From positions 7,360,001-7,424,000 of the forward strand of contig OZ250169.1 in assembly GCA_965237955.1 (NCBI GenBank): a stretch of DNA of 64,000 nt, given 5' to 3'. This document shows, one piece after another, positions 62,437 to 64,000 of this stretch (positions within the stretch are counted from its first letter, which is position 1; every line of letters begins with the position of its first letter). Origin of the DNA: Candidatus Marinacidobacterales bacterium (GTDB lineage: Bacteria > Acidobacteriota > Vicinamibacteria > Marinacidobacterales > SMYC01). The notes beneath the pieces are model-generated. The model was given only the letters and a program-made list of their open reading frames with translations, was not told where the DNA came from and made no database searches. Position numbers and translations under genes: made by a program.

Positions 62437-64000
62437 AGCTTTGCCGCTCGCAGTCGTCGAGAAAGCTTACGCTGTTCGCGGGCGGTCCACTCGGCATCGA
62501 CCAGGAGTCCCACACGTTCCTCGAAGCTCAGCTCCTTGTATTCGCTCGAGCTCAACTGGGTTTCGAACGCGGACACCAAGCCGAACAACTTCATGGCGTT
62601 CATCTTTTCTATCGTTTCGGGTGTCAGCATCGGGACTCTCCTCCTTCGTAGTGATCCGCGCCTCGGATGTTCTCGTGCTCCTCTCGCGGTTTCGCTTCGG
62701 CGTCCGATTCGAGCACCACACGATCCAGACCAGCCGAGAGAATGTTTTTCACCGTGCGATAGCTGTAAGAGCTCAAAGCTTCCGCTCGTGCGCAAGCGGC
62801 CTCGAGACGCTCACTGCCCCAGCGGCTGCCTAGTCGCATGACTCCCAGGCAAGAGCGAAATCCCTGCTCCGGGTGAGGCCGACTCTCTAGAATCCCCGCA
62901 ACCAGCCTTCCCGTGGCGCGACCTGACTGCTCCGCCCAGTGGAGCAGCCGCGACGGCGTCCACTCCAGGTGCTCCCGATGCGAACGTGGCATATGCTCCG
63001 GGTTCGTGGAGTAGTGCCCCTTTCCTTTCTTGCGGGGATGCGACGCGACGCGCTTTCCCTTGAACAGGACCTCCACCACCGAGGCCGTCACCCGTGCCTC
63101 GACTTTCTCGTGAATGAGCTGATAGGGAACGCTGTACAAGTTGTTCTCCACCTCCACGTGGTAGTCGATGTTCACTCTGCACCGCTTCCACGTCGATAAC
63201 TCGTAGCTCTCCTGCGGTAGCGGTTTCAGTACGGGCCGGTCTAGCCTTTCGTACAACTCCCGCCGACTCACACCGAGCTTCTGCATCGGACGCGCATTCA
63301 GGACCTCTAACTTCTCCCAGATGGCTTCGTTCAGTTCCGCCAGGCTGAAGAACGTGCGATGACGAAGCACCGCCAGGATCCAGCGCTGCGCCACCTGCAC
63401 TGCCGACTCCACCTTCGCTTTGTCTTTCGGCTTGAACACCCGAGCCGGGACCACAACCGCACCGTAATGCGTCGCCAGCTCTTCGTACGTCCGGTTGATC
63501 CCTGGCTCGTAACGGTCCACCAAATCCACGCCGCTCTTCAAGTTGTCCGGAACCCAGATCTCCGTACTGCCACCGAAGTAATCCGACATCCCCTTATGGG
63601 CCTTCAGCCCACGATTCCAGCGACTGGTTCAGTATCGCTTCGACGTAGGTGTAACTGCTCGCGCCCAACGTCCCGACGAACAGCTCCATTTCGACGAGCT
63701 CTCCCGTTTTCGGATCGACGATGTGAGGCTTCTTCCCCGAAAAATAGACGAATGTCTTCTCGCCTGCTCGATGCCGTTGACGCATCGTCGGGTTCAGCTT
63801 CTTCTTCCACTGACCGTACAGCTCGCAATAACGGCTGTAGCCGTACGCTCCCGGCTTATTCTCCGCGTACTCCACCCACAGCTGCAGCAACGTCAGCTCT
63901 CGGTGACGCCTCAGCTCCTCGTGGATGTGGGCATAGTCCAGACCCGGCCGTGCGCCAGACGAGCCCGGCGGCGGAAACAGCCCTGCCTCCAGCTCCCCGT
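62437..64000 (-). mobile_element. IS21 type A, copy 2 (istB truncated by IS5; continues beyond window)
   Basis: Reverse complement of ~39548-41111. Confidence 0.93.

Overview
GC-rich bacterial DNA; gene style suggests Acidobacteriota, which is an inference. The window has two parts. (1) 1-20.6 kb is intact chromosome: a MoxR/DUF58/vWA(BatA)/DUF4159/TPR-metallopeptidase/DUF4175-like operon, an ISL3 inserted at its last stop codon, a sugar-phosphate nucleotidyltransferase, a tandem GNAT, a GT-C-like membrane protein and metK. metK is bracketed by two palindromic short-tandem-repeat elements. (2) 20.8-64 kb is dense in mobile elements: ISAzo13 x2, IS5/IS903-group x2, IS21 x3 of two types, IS630 with two kinds of related MITE, IS110 fragments, three IS91-like 3' fragments, rve-integrase element ends, a DUF2924/serine-recombinase remnant and a group II intron 3' remnant. 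Many genes there are split or truncated. Intact cargo includes an MFS transporter, CotH-like kinase, NHL protein, multicopper oxidase, type II asparaginase, MscS and a CRTAC1-like protein. The best candidate for an undescribed system is at 56.3-60.6 kb: a 5-heme cytochrome c in frame with an outer-membrane beta-barrel, followed by a 4-heme cytochrome c. No rRNA, tRNA or CRISPR array was seen. Family names come from motif recognition by eye, not database searches.
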